Source: Raillietiella orientalis
Taxonomy: Eukaryota
Direction of reading: 5' to 3'
NCBI GenBank assembly: GCA_036172245.1
Contig: JAYWIR010000030.1
Span: forward strand, 2,480,001-2,544,000
Length of the DNA stretch: 64,000 bases
Shown here: positions 28,101 through 41,700 of the stretch, piece after piece
How positions within the stretch are numbered: the stretch's first letter is position 1
How the letters are laid out: every line of letters starts with the position of its first letter
Notes under the pieces: model-generated
Told to the model about the DNA's origin: nothing
Database searches by the model: none
Seen by the model: only the letters and a program-made list of their open reading frames with translations
Translations under genes and position numbers: made by a program

Positions 28101-31100
28101 AATGTTTATTTCCCAAAGAGAAAAATAAACAAAGTAGGACAAAGTTCAGTACAAAGTACATCGATACCGAAACGTGTTCTTCCTGAGGAACAAGACGTTA
28201 TAGCTATACTGCATCTAGAGGTATAAGCACTGCATCATTCTGCTACTTTCTTAACTGGGAAACGAACTGATAGGAGTAGCAACAAGAGAATATAATAATA
28301 ACTGAACATATTCCATTCCCCCATAAACGTGCTTGAGGCATTAGTTTACTTTTCTCTTTTTGTTTGTTTAACATGTAACAATTGTAATTGTCGAATTCAT
28401 GACTCCTGAGGTTGCATCATGAAGAAATACAGTAAGCTCGAACTGCTGATAGTGAAACGCATTAGGGTATGTGTAATTCCTTTGCGAACAGCATATCTGG
28501 ATGCTCCAAAATCAAACAGATATCGTTTCAATATTCAAGTCAGGAATCTTGATTTTTTCGTATCCAGTAGCAACAGTTACATATAGGATAATTGAGTTAG
28601 TCAATCATACTTGTTCAATTATAAAACAAAGGAAGTATGAGAAAGGAAGCGGTAAAGCACTGCTGAAAACTTCATCTCCTTGCTAGACATTTTTTCTTGA
28701 AATATATGCATTTTCTATTTATGAATTTCCTTGGATCAAATTCCGGATCCACTGGAATTTCAAGTTACTTTCTGAGATCTGTCGCCTTTTAAGAGTATCA
28801 CTCCGTGCTAAGTCACTCAAGTAATTAAATTTAAAGTAATTTGTAGAAAATTTCAAATGTCATCGTGTAAAAAAATGAATGATATGCAAATCGTGTATTG
28901 TTCAAAAAGTGGGATGTTTTTTAGTGTGAACTTTCAATCCATAATATGATTGAAGGATTTTTGCTGAATTGCTTTTCGGTTAGTTAATGTTAAGACAAGG
29001 TGCACGAGTAACTGGAAGAATCGATGAGAATTTTTTCAACGACGTTTAAGACCTATGAGAATCACAAAATCATAGGATAAATCTGGTTTTCGAATAAATG
29101 CAAATGCTGTGAGAATGAGTGTTACTTTTATCATCCTCGAGAATTAGGGAAAGTTTTTCATTAGGCGATATTTTCCAAATTTATGGCATCTAGAGTAATA
29201 AGGAAAATAAAAGTGGAATTTATTCCAATTATAATTACTGTTGACTTGATCTACCGGAATGAAATGGGAAGTTAAAAAACATGGAGTATTACATGCAGTA
29301 TTACATGCCAAAAGATTTAAGGATACAATGAGTCAATTTAATCGATCATAGTAAAATTGCTTCCAAGTTCATTTGTAGATACTTTTGAAATGCTCTGTAG
29401 ATTCAGAATTAATAAATATTTATGAACTACAGGAACAATTCAGTTGTATCTTGTTTTTAGTGTATTACTGCAGAATTTTCTATTTTCTATTTTAGGTAGT
29501 GATGTTCATAACACTCATTGATCTTCATTTCTGGAAGCTGCTACGAATTCTTTTCACCGTTTTCTATAAGTCAATCAAAATATGCTGATGGCTTTTGGAA
29601 ATTCCGTACATTCGAAACTGAGCTAATATATCAATACATCAAACTGGTTTTTGTCATATTTTCTCCACTTTTATATTACTAAATCAGTTAAACATTATTT
29701 CATTTCACAATTTACAAAGATCGTCCTCGGGACGATGGTCTCGCAATTGTAATTTTTCATTTTCATAATTGGTGCCCTCGTGATTTTAATGAGAATATAA
29801 GTTGTGTTTCAAGCATAATTAAGCTGGTTACTCAAAATACAAAGCAAGTAGTCAGGTACTGAACATACAATTACTGCTGTTCCTCTCCAAATGGTTTCTC
29901 ATTTTCTCTCGCTTATGTTATCATCGAATTCAATTTATGACACTATCATGATCCGTGTAGACTTTTGCAATGATATAAATGCATGCATGAAGTAAGGATT
30001 ATTTCCGAATTTTCTAAGAGTCAATCGTACCGCTGCAAGCTTCATTCCGTTTTGGTAATCAAATCGAGTTAGCCATCATAATGGTCAACGGATGAGAACA
30101 TCTACAATTCATTTCATTTAATCACAAAATCTATCCTCTAGGTATTAAGTTTCCGAAAACAATCAAGCGCTGATTTTTGTTAAATTAATATTTCAGTATA
30201 ATTACATAGAGAAATGAATTCACACTATCTACTCAGACTTGATTTCATTCATAAGTCAATGGAAAACTACGCTTCAATTACTTTGTAGGCTAATAGTTTG
30301 ACATTCATTACTCAATCAAAGATTTGTGATTTCATATTAGAAAGTCACATGATTGCACTTAAGAACTTATAAAAGTATGAAAGTAGAAATTTTGCTTCTC
30401 TTTATTCTCTAGTTTTATTGTTTGACACTATATTTTGTAATTACTATTCAATGATTGCATTCTGTATTGAACTACAGATCATCTGACTTAATAAAAAACT
30501 TGGAATACTGAAGGAAGCGACGAACTTCAAACATTCTTGAAATCGTTTCATTGGAAATTTCCATTGGGACGCTTATATCCAATTAGTATTATGTGGAACA
30601 TCTCTGGACTAGTGTTTCATGTTACAAAAATTAACAATGGTAGTCAGTTTCAGCGAAGATATAATACATGCCGCTTAAACTAAGAAATCTAAATAATAGA
30701 ACATCCTTTTATTTGCGTTTGTGATATATTTCACAATTCTTATTTATCTTAAAGACTGATCAAAATTATTTCATTAATCTGTTACAATGTATTTTTAAAC
30801 AGTATATCTAATAGTACTTTCTAAGATTTTTGTCAGGGATTTTTCTATGATTTTTTTGGAAATGTCCGTAGTCTTCCATGATCGTAGTAATCGGGAAGTA
30901 ATTTGTGGTAAGATGCAAATTTCTCAAATACATAGGTCCATTTAGAATGCTCAGATTCACAAACTGAAAATTAGACATGAAACAGAATCAAATAACCGAT
31001 CTTGAATACTTTTTTTAACATATTCACATGAAACATCCAAAGATTCTTGGCAACATGATCTGACATTTATCACTTCCGCTATAAATATTCAAACGTTGAA

Positions 31101-31101
31101 G

Positions 31102-32131
31102 ATGCAGCAGAGAAGAGTAACATTAAGAAGGCGTTTGCCTTATAATACAAAAAGTAATCAACGTCGAATGTAAGTAGATCCAATTTGATAATAAATTTGT
31201 TTTGTAATGTATTTCGAATTCAACATAATTATGGTTACGCTACCTTATGGAGGTGGAGGTGATGTGCTGATGCATTAGCTTATGTGTACTAACCAAAAAG
31301 TCTAAAGTGAAAAATATTTTAATGAACGTGCACCATGCTTTAGTTTTGTTCTCTTTCAAGTTAAAGCGTTTCTGGTACACCTATTGTAAGCATCTTAAGA
31401 TCAAAAAGGTATACGTACAGATTGCAGTTTGTAAGTTTTGATCAAAAACTAAATTTTTCAAGCCCCACCGGCCTTATTTGTATTTGTATTGTTCACGAAA
31501 TGCTTCCGAATTTTTCAATTTTGGACGGAATTTTAAGATCGTCATTAAATAAGCATGAGATTGATATGAATTAATATCCGACATTTCAGTTTACCACAGT
31601 AAAGTTGACATTCCAAACCCGAAGATCAGTTTAAGTATTCAAGTATATCTTTTTTAAGGTTTCGTTTAGGTTACGTAATCTTTGATGTATGTGATCTCTT
31701 CCTTTTTTTTGGAAAGAAGTATAATTATTTTATTATGTCAAAAATTGTCATATCAAGAACAGACTTTTGCTGATCTTGATTGTATTATTTCAGTGTAAAA
31801 ACACCTGGGGGTAAATTGGTTTATTTGTATAAGAAAAAAAAAGGCTCATTACCAAAATGTGGATGGTGCAAAGAAGCCCTGAAAGGTATTCGACCATCAA
31901 GACCCAGAGAAAGGAAACACATGACAAGACGATTAAAAACGGTCAATCGTCCATATGGTGGAGTGCTTTGCCCTAAATGTCTCAAGGAAAAGTGAGTTCC
32001 AAGGTGATTTAAATCTATACATTATTCTTTTCTTAAGGATCTTACGGGCATTTTTGATTGAAGAACAGAAAATTGTTGTTAAAGTAATGAAAGCACAAAG
32101 AGCAGCAAACAAAGTTCAAAAGAAAAAGTGA
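31102..32131 (+). CDS. RPL34: 60S ribosomal protein L34 (eL34)
   Basis: Exons 31102-31169, 31794-31991, 32038-32131. Motifs: [73 protein letters not shown] at 32142. Confidence 0.98.
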
Positions 32132-34537
32132 GTGCACAAGAAATAAAAAGATTAAAAGCATTATCAATGAGCACAATTTATTAGTGCAAAATAAATGTTA
32201 GCTGATTTCTTTAGTCTGAAGCCATATCTGCTTGGTGTTCAAGATTTTCTGGTCATTTTTATTTTCTGAATAGTAGTCCCTTGTAAAGGACAGATATGCT
32301 TAAAAAAATGAATGTATTTGTTTTTTTTCTTTTTCTTTAATATTTTTAATACACATCTTGATAATGTAATACAGTAATTTAGAACTAAATTTCAAGTGTG
32401 CAAGTTCTCAGAGGGTGGTATTGTAAAGTACTATCAATATGTGTACAATTTGCCCCAAACATTAGAAGTCCAGGAAATTCTGGACCAGAGTATTAGTTTT
32501 ATAAAAAAAAAAAAAAAACAGAAAATCGTGCTTAGATCTCTCATTGTTGGATAATTTTCAATAAGTCCTTTTATAATTACGTTAGAAGTGAGTGGAAAGG
32601 TTTTCTGTTTCATTTGGTTTAGATATTCTTTCTAATAGAGGATTGTTTTTTCCAGTCCTCCAACATCCATGGTGTTCATGCAAACTTGATGATTGAATGT
32701 TTTCAGTTTTGATAATTTGTTTGCTGCATACTTTATTTCTGTTTCCAAACATGAATTTGCAGACTTTAGTAACTAACCTAAAATTAGCTTATGTGTGTGT
32801 TTTTTCTATGCATACATGTATTTTGGTATTTATTTGTGTGTTTTCATGTGTTTAAGTTATTTTCCAGTCAGTGGATTAAGACAATAAGGGCTTGAATTTG
32901 GTGAAATTCAGGCAATAATTTGGATGTGGGTAACAGCGAGGATAACTACAGTTAAAACCATTTGAGCACTATAGGTTCCCACTGAATGTAGATGAACAGT
33001 TTATTTAGCGATTTTCGTTTTCGTTAGATAGGATTAGTACAGTGAATGAAGTTTATTTCACTTCATATCTGAGACTGCAACACCAGATGTTCATAGGTCA
33101 AGTCTAATGGTTAAATGCTTATTCAGTTGCTACAGAAACAGACACAAAAAAAACAGTTGTAGTAACAAAAATAAATTCAATAAATTAGTAATTGTGTTAC
33201 CAGATCAGTTACAAAACTATTTCAAGTATAAATCTGTGCTATAGTCTGGACATCACTACAAATGGTGAATGTTGAAGTCATTTCACTTGTTGATTCCATT
33301 CTGAGATAATGAATAATGACAAGCTATGTGTGATTGATAGGAAGTGCTGAAAAAGGTGACTGCATGTCATTCTTGATTCACATGATTATACCTATGATAA
33401 TGTTATGCATGATGCTAAAAGGAGTATTTCTTAACTTAAACAATTCAGAAAAAAATGGTAAATCAAGGCAAGATTCGATCAGTGAAGCCTTTTGTTTGGA
33501 ATTCAAATGCAGCTCTGCAAGTCAACATTATAAGACTTATTATCAGTATGTTCATTGAAGATTTTATATCATGTAGAAGTTGTAATGCTCTTCTACTTTT
33601 CAGCCCAAACAAATGTGGCTGTGGGTTTTTTTTGGTACTCTGAATGTCAAATGAACTTAAAAACCAATGCATGTTAAAATAATTTAATAACATCATAGAA
33701 GCATCCTCTTACTCGAAAGTTAATTGTTTCTGAAATTTGCTTTGCAACTGAAAGGGCAGCCTTTTCCGGATGTCATTTTCTTAAGCAGATTTCTGTAGTT
33801 TTTGAACTTGACAGCCGCAGTCCATGCTTTTCTGGAGATTCTGGAGACATTTGTTTAATGGTAGTTTTGTATTTAGGTATTTGCTTTTATCGCTGGGAAA
33901 TTGTTTTACCGAAATGATTATAATCGCCAGTAGAAGAGTCAAATATTTTATTCTTACATTTGTTTTGCTTGCAATGAGCGAAAACTAGGGATCGGAAGCC
34001 CTGACCAATTTAATCCAGAGCAAAACTTAGATTATTCACCGTTTAATTAAATTGAGCCCTTTGTGTCAAATGTGAATTTCATGCACATTGTGTTTATCAA
34101 CATCATAGTCTTGCATTACAGTTTTTGTAGATTTCTGTCAAGTTATTATTTGAAATCCCTGCTTGCTTCCGGGTTTCCAGTATTCGAAATCAGTGAATTA
34201 GCGAATATAAGGATGATTGCTCTTATCAAACACAAATAAGATTAAACAATTGATACATCACCAATCAATTTCTTACACAGAAATTGATTGGTGATGTGGA
34301 GTGTTAAGTGACATAACTTCGGAAGTAATTGGGTTTGTTTGTTGTTGAGGTGATAGTAATATTTGGGTAGTGCTTGGGGTTGTTTGTGGTATGGAATGTT
34401 GAGAAATGAAATCCTGTAGCGATGAAAAACTCGGGACCGAAAATAGAATATATGATGGAGAATCCAAGTATGACATAGTCGATAATTTGAGTAATGTTGA
34501 ATAAAAAACCGATAGTAATGGTGATAAATGTGAAGGA

Positions 34538-34570
34538 TGTGTGTGTGTGTGTGTGTGTTTTTTTTTTTTT
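34538..34570 (+). repeat. (TG)n + poly(T) tract at the AT-rich/TE boundary
   Basis: About 10 TG units followed by a T run. Confidence 0.9.
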
Positions 34571-34619
34571 CAAGAGATAGTCATGTGTTCATGTGATTGA
34601 TGTGCCCGATCTCGAGGGC

Positions 34620-37600
34620 CTTTTATGGGAAGACCAATTGCTGTAACTTTCCGGGAATCCTGAAAATCACGCAATGGTGAGGTTTTACGGGAATTGGGAA
34701 TTTTCAGAAAGCAAGCGAAGCACAGAGAGAGCAATGGCGTGCTCTCTTATTCGATGCAGTTGCTCTTTCATGGCGAGAATCGATGACTTTCCGACTATGA
34801 ATGTGTTAGTGCGGCACGGACCACTTTGATGCCAATGTTTGTATGCACGAAGATAAATCCAAATGTCCATGCTGATCATGGAGACGGAGGTCACTGGTAG
34901 TCTCGAAGCACCCTGATCATCTTCTGAAGGATGCTGGGAAGCTCCTCTGTTGGTTTTGGCTTTGAAGTTCCAGGCCGATGGTGTCGATCACCTTTGGGTC
35001 TGTCAGAGGTACAGGAGGTGACTACGCTGGGTACCCTGCATGATCCGCCTCTTTCTCATTGGAGCACCCGTTGGTGTTCCAGGAAACAATCCTTACACTC
35101 CTGATCTACGGAAACGGAGCGATCGTAGTCTCAAAACTGAAAGATTCATGTCGATCCGGAGAAAAAGCTCGGGGGTCTTACGTGAGCCCCTATAGCTGGC
35201 ACCATGCCGCCGCGAAAACATAAGTGGCGAACAACCACCTCCTGAAAGTGGTTTCCGAAATTGAAGACGAAGAACCAGACTCGGAGCTTTCGCCCTTCGT
35301 GCTCCTCCCGCGGGCAACGGATATGCTGGAGAGCACGACTGAAGCTTTGACGTAGGGAGCAGTTCGCAACGAGCAGGCACCACCATAAGATGCGGTTGCC
35401 TCAATATGACTATGTGGTGCGGCAGCATACGACAGGAACTGTGGCGCGATCATGGCGGTTCACGGTGCCAGATGTGGCAAGGAAAGTGGGAGTGCAGCAT
35501 CCTTCGAGACGACGAGGAGGAAGCCGCGGTCGCGTCTGTGCACAGATACATTGCAATGCAGGGGAGCAAAAGAGCCGCGGGAACAACTTTCTGGGATGAA
35601 CTGATGTTTTACCAAGGAAACGTCTTTTGGGCCATGCGGCGCCACCGTCGCACAAGGAGCCCCCAGAACGATCTCTGCGGTCGCGCGGAGTGTGGGAAAT
35701 TCAGCTCCCTGTGTTCACCTGCCTAGTGCCAAGCCACGATTGAAAGGCGTAGGTGATGGAACGCAGGCAAAGGTAAAGCTGACAATGCTGCGTGGGTTCT
35801 TTGGAGGGATGGAATACTACCACTGTGAAATTCAATCGTAAAGGCGAAAGGCCATCCGCTTTCTTCTTCATGAGGATCGTGATCAGAGGAGCGGAAATGC
35901 CGAAGCAACAGCGTGTTCTCGCTCTCCTCGTGTTCTCGCTCCCAGTGGCTCTTGTGGTCGGGACATCTAATCCACAATCTAACCTACAGGAGCAAATGAT
36001 GAGATGCTATTTATGGGAAGAGGAGTTTATGGGACACCCTTGCGTGTGTTGCGATCCAAGCGAGGTCTTGTCCACTGTACGCTTTCCCACCCTACGCGGC
36101 TCTGGCAGTCTCATTCTTCCTTACACCTCACGCGCGCCTTCCATATTCTCCCTATCTCGAAAGAGACCAAGGGCACAGGAGACAGGAACTCCTTTCTGCA
36201 CACGACAGGGGCTAGGGTGTTGCGTGTTCAAGCGGATGTACGCATTCTGGTCCAAGAGACGCGTCCTCAGTACTGGTGGTGAAGGTATAGATAGGGAGCC
36301 AGAACCCAGGAACCCCTACCCAATTAGCAGCGAAGGCGCGAAATGGACTCCTATAATAACGCGTCGTGTATTCTAGCCAATCAGTGTGCGACACTCCTAA
36401 ACCACAGCAAACCTTTCAGCCGCCGCATTCAAGGGATCTCTTAGACAAGGAAAGTGCATTAACGCAGCTCGCAAGGGTGGTACGACCACACAGTTGAATC
36501 CACGCCGCATACTCGAGTACCTCAATGAAACTTCTCGACGCAATGGAAGCCTCCGCGTTACGAGCGAAGATGAGGCTTCAAGAGAGCTCGTGCTCCGACG
36601 TGCGACATGACAGTCACCAAAGTAGTCGCGTCATTGGTATGGAACTCGCTGCCACTGTGAGCTCGTGCAAAAGCGCTCCGCATTGGGCTGCCGGTTCGGG
36701 CAACCAGATGCTGGAAAGAATCGGACTGCAGGTTCCGAATGAAGCACTTTAAGCCAAGCTGTGAACTTTCCGTTCTGTGCACCAGCACGCCCCATCGGAG
36801 ATGCTCCAGCGGCAAAGGACAGCTCTCGTTGTTGCGAAGCTCCTTCCCAGTAGAAGATGCGGGATCTGGCTTCCCCATGAGACAGATCTCCTCTCTAGTG
36901 GAAGTCGTGGATTTCTTGCCGCCCAATGAACTACAATGACTGGTGGCAGCAGGCTGTGGAGTCCTGGGCTGCATTCCAGGGAATGTGCCTGGAGGATCTT
37001 TGCCCCCTGCGGCACTTGCTACCACGACCTTTGGAAGTGGTAATGCAGGACACGGCAAAGTGACCAACCCTGGGCGCCACACCCCTTGCAGCAGCGCTGT
37101 CTGTCTTCAGGGCAAGAAAAGATAGCCGCCAGCCGGCGAGGGGTGGGAGTTCTCCTGCACCACTGCGGGAAACAAGGAACTCTTTGGAGGCTGGAAGACG
37201 CGCGAGTTGGCGGATGTTGCCAAACCGCGTTACCAGGCGAAAGGACCCCTTCGGTGGTTCAAACAGTTAAGTGTCACCCCGGAAGAACTCGTGGTCCCTT
37301 CCTTGTGTTTGAACGCTTCCATGTCTCTGTGACGTGGAAACAGGCAGTACTGCTGATTCTGCACTAGGAATTCCAGTGCAATCGGCGCCTGTACCTTCCG
37401 TTCCCGGGGAAGTTGCGTCCCCGAATTGTGTCCGGTGGAGTCGCTCCCGCACCTGTGGGATTGCAGTGTTCTCCAAAAATTATAGAGGAAGTTGGCATCA
37501 GCGTGCTTCTGTATCTGGAGTACACCGCCCGTGATCTGCTGCGGCGATTCTTCGTGACTCTCGACAGGCGCTGTGATAGCAACAGCGGACTGCATCCGCT

Positions 37601-37935
37601 TCATTGTCACGGCCTGCCATGTACTGGAGACTTAGAACGCAGCAGCTAAGGGAGGTCACCGGGATGGCAGCTGCCTACATAAGGACGGCTGCAAGATGTC
37701 CTCACCTGGGAGAAAAATTCAAGGTGCAGTTTGCCGGCATGAGAACTGAAAAGAAAGATGGACTAAACCTGTCACCCCTGTCCCTACTCTTCCTTTATTT
37801 ATTTATTTATTGCCTCCTACCTTCCGTTCCCTATTTTTAGATGCCCCGACGTGCTTGTCGGTGGACCCTCTCCTTGAACTCCTGTCTTCGGTTGGAAACT
37901 GAGTTCCTAACTGGTTTCGTTTTATTGAATAAACG
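34620..37935 (+). mobile_element. degenerate Tx1/L1-clade non-LTR retrotransposon (ORF2 remnant)
   Basis: Colinear degraded motifs: endonuclease-like GGDY (~35015), KGERPSAFFF (~35845, cf. GEKP..FF), RNPYPIS (cf. NWRPIS), LLDKESA (cf. LDQEKAF), CPVESLPHLWDC zinc knuckle (~37430-37465), T-rich 3' tail with AATAAA ~37928. Many stops and frameshifts; boundaries approximate. Confidence 0.65.
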
Positions 37936-37999
37936 CTTCGGCGTGACCGGGTGAAAATGCAGAAGCGTTATTTCCCTTCCTTCTTAAGCGCGCAGACGC

Positions 38000-38700
38000 G
38001 GTCCCTCCCAGACAGTAGCAGACTCCCATTCACACGCAAAGACAAGCCTAGTTTGCTGTGCATAGGACTATGGATCTAGGTGATAGGCGTCTGCGGTCGG
38101 CCTCTGAGGTCGCAGAAGCTGGTCCGGCAGATCCACCTATGTAGACCGCCGGACAGGTGCTGCCCTGTGCCATAGGGCTTCGACCGGGATCAACTCTCCC
38201 TGAGAGCTTCTGGTGCAGAATGCTGATTCACCGGAGGGATTAGTTGCTGGGATGGCGTGATGGACACGCGGTCCAAGGTGCTTCTTGGAGCGCGGACAAG
38301 GTCGTAGCCGAAGGTCGGGCAAGACGCCAACTTCTTCATCGTGCTCTGTTTGGAGGGGTGACGTCAACCTCGTAAACCGGGAAATCCTGGGAGTCCTTTA
38401 GCCCCACTCCCACGAAGGCGATCGAACTTGAGGACTCGGCCTGCGAGCGTCTCCCGCACGAAGTCACCTGCAGCCTCCAGGAAACCGATCTCATGACCCT
38501 GGATATCGAGCAAGCGCTTCAGCAGAAACTGTGGGCTCGTCCCTTCAAGGACCGAGGCGAACACCGCCGAAGGGGGTTGCCATCCTAGTGGGGAGCGGAC
38601 CTCCCCTAGCAGTCCTGGAAGGACTCCAAGGGCGGGGTGTCTGCATCCCGAGCCTCAGAGTGATGTGTTCCGGGAAAGCTCGCTTGCTCGTGGCGACCCC
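38000..38700 (-). mobile_element. possible ORF1 (gag/RRM-like) fragment of a further LINE copy
   Basis: RVSITPSQQLIPP..PEALRES*SRSKPYG loosely resembles the Tx1 ORF1 RRM region; GC-rich and sits between the two ORF2 remnants. Confidence 0.3.
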
Positions 38701-38779
38701 ACCTGAACAAGAGAGCATTCGCTCTGGCTTTGGTTTATCAACGGGTCACTCTTTAACGTTCATTATAAAAAATAAGCAT

Positions 38780-41700
38780 ATATATTTAGGGCCATTGGCC
38801 CTACAACGTTCGAAAAAGCTCAAAACCCACCGATTAACCGTCACGCAGGCCGGTGAGGTTCGCTTCGGCAGCGGAGAGGGAACGGGCAAGCAAAAAGAAA
38901 AATTAAACAAAAAATATATACCAAAAATTAGGAGGGTTAGGGAAAGGATCCCCGGGAGCTGGAGGGCGTCCTCTGCATCCTTTCCAGGATGCCAGAATGT
39001 TCCATCCGAGTATGCTCCAGGTAGGACCTTTTAGCTGCCGTCCTCATGAAGTTCAGGGCAAAGCAGTTCCTATCGCGCCGTCTTCCTCTCGCGTAGCTCC
39101 AGGCTGCCACAATCCCACATAGGCAGCAAATAGCTGCTAGGGATGCGGCAGGAGAAAGGGTATAGCGCACGAAAAGGCGCTTCATCACGTCACTGGGATT
39201 GTCCGTTGGTGCACCCAGGGCCGTTGCGTAACGCAACCACAGGAACCGGAGGGCAACACAGTCAATAAGTAGGTGCGGGAGGGATTTCCGTTCCCTGCAC
39301 CTGTAACAGTTGGCATCCTGGGCCAAGTGGGAGCGGCGGGTCTTGCACGGGAGACCCCAGTGCAGTAGCAGAAGTGCTGACTCTTGCCACTTCAGAGAAA
39401 GGGCACTGCTGTAATTGATCACTGGAAGCCACTCCAGAACTTCGAATAGAATGCCGAATAGCTCGTCCTCGCGGAAGGACTCTCAAGATAACGGCATCTA
39501 CCAGATGCCCCATTGTCCATCCACTCATCAGCTTCTGTCTGCCCGCGATCTCGCAGGAGAATTCCCAGTGCGGCTTTTGGCTGCTGCCAAGTGCTCCCCC
39601 CATGAAGGGCATCTCTGCAGAGAAGGGCATCGTCTCCTTGTCCCCTCCCACGTGCTCCTGCCGGGACACTCCAGGACCTTTCGCAGCGAGCAGCGGGCGC
39701 GGTTGTCGAGGCGCAGGCAGGTCCACACCTCTGAGCTGGGCTAATTTGTCTTCTCTCACGTGCCAACTGCTTCCTCTAGCCATGCGCTATAGTTGGCGGG
39801 GCAGCAGATCATCCAGCCGTTTTCCTTCGCCAGGGTGACCATGCGTCCGAGGAGGAGACTGCATCTTCTGACCTTCCCGTCGGGGTACAGAAGGTACGGC
39901 ACGATCCCTTCCCTTGGGAATACACGACTGGTGAAGGGCTTTCCGGTGCAGGTGCACCCACCGGGATGAGCGAGAGCGACAGCTTTCTGGTGAGCACAAG
40001 GCGTGAACGTGCGGAATCGGGGGGAACAACCCTATGCCGGACTGGGGTCTGAAAACAACGAACCTCTCCTGCCCTTGCGCACGTTTCCGCGTCGCGGCCT
40101 TGGGGCAGGCATTTCGCCAAAGAAACCGGATGCTGCGCCAGCGGCGCTCTGCTCCGGGCAAGGAGCTGCAGGAGGGAGATGGCCATTCCGAGTGCGCCCT
40201 CTAAGCAGGGGGGTCAACTGAATGAATCCGGCGAGAGCGCTTGCGAAAAGTGACCGGGAGTTACCTAAACACCTCTAGCCAGTCCGACCGCATTTTTGGT
40301 CCTTCCGGGCTTGCTGAACACCAGTTCCGTGACATCAGAAAACCGAGTGGGCAAGAAACACTGACCAGCTTTGACTAGTCTCATCTCTCGGTTCGGAAAC
40401 AGCTGCTTCTTGAACCGGCACTCGTCGTGCCCTGCCTTTCCCCGCACAGTCTTCTTGACCAACTGTTGACACGCCGTCCACGCTGGGGACGGAGGGGCAG
40501 GAAGCCTTGAACCGTGCAGAAGCGGGCAATGACACTCTTAGGCGTCCCTGGGCGCCCTGGGAGCGCTAGGATGCGCTCAACGGCGGTCGCTCCTGAAGGA
40601 CCAGGTGACCCGCTGGACCCTACCTCGTTCTGGGGATTCCGGCTCGAAGTGGCCCCCCGTTTCCTGGCAGCCAACGCGAGTTAAGAGCTCGTGGCGCCTT
40701 TCGCACGCCCTCGTCCGTCGCGACTGCCGACTGCGCGGTTTCGTTAGGTTGCGAGCCGCTTTCGAGCTCTCGAGCGGCGCTGGAGAGTGGCCCTTCGAAC
40801 TTGAGCCACTGGGAGCAAGGGGAAGGAGCGGAAGTCTCAGAAAGGACATTCCGCAGGTTTATCCGTGGAAGGATTCTGCAGAGGGAAGATGTTTCCTCCC
40901 TTCCTCGGCTTCTCAGGAAAAAGTCGCGCATCTGGGGCTTCCCGCCTGGTACAGTGTGGTCTGCACGTCTGGGTTCGTCGTCTTGACGGCCCCTGCCAAC
41001 AAGCGTCCGTCCCTGGCGTTTATCAAGGAAACGTGTGAATTCCGAGTAGCCAGTCTATCTGACAACCTGAAAACCGTCGCGTCGTCGTCCCTGTGGGCTG
41101 TTGCAACGGAAGGGCATCGAAAAGAATGGCCTTCGCGAGCGAGTCGACCTCCTACTCGAAAGTCACGAAACGCGACGATGTCCCAAGTGCGCCTTCTGCT
41201 TCCGGCTCGTCTTTTCAGGAACCACGTGGACGCAAGATCTCGTGCCTGGTGGGCAGCAAACGGAGTTGATCCCGATGACGAAAGGCTTCTGAAGACTTCG
41301 CTCCTGGGCAGGTCCCCCGAGTGTTCCCCTTTCTCGTCTTTCCTGCGGTTCAGACAGCAAGCGGACTGCCTGGTGCTCCCATGTCGATCAAGCAGCTTTG
41401 CAGCGTGATTTGGTGAGCGACCTGTTCGCCGCCCCTGGGCGCGTCAACATGGACAGGCTGGGGAGATTTCGAAGGCAGGTGACGCCTCATGGCAGCATCT
41501 GCGCTGCAGTCAACCCGCGTGTTCGACGACCACAGTCCATGTGGAGCGCCTGCTCCGGGGGACCGGCACAAAGTGCCTGAAGTGAGTACACATGCTCTCT
41601 ATGAAAACGCGCTTTTCAACGAGGTTTTCCCTTCCTTGTGATCCCCTGTCGATTGTCCACAACTGGCGCACATGATCCTCGCTAATTCCCCTAGAGCTGC

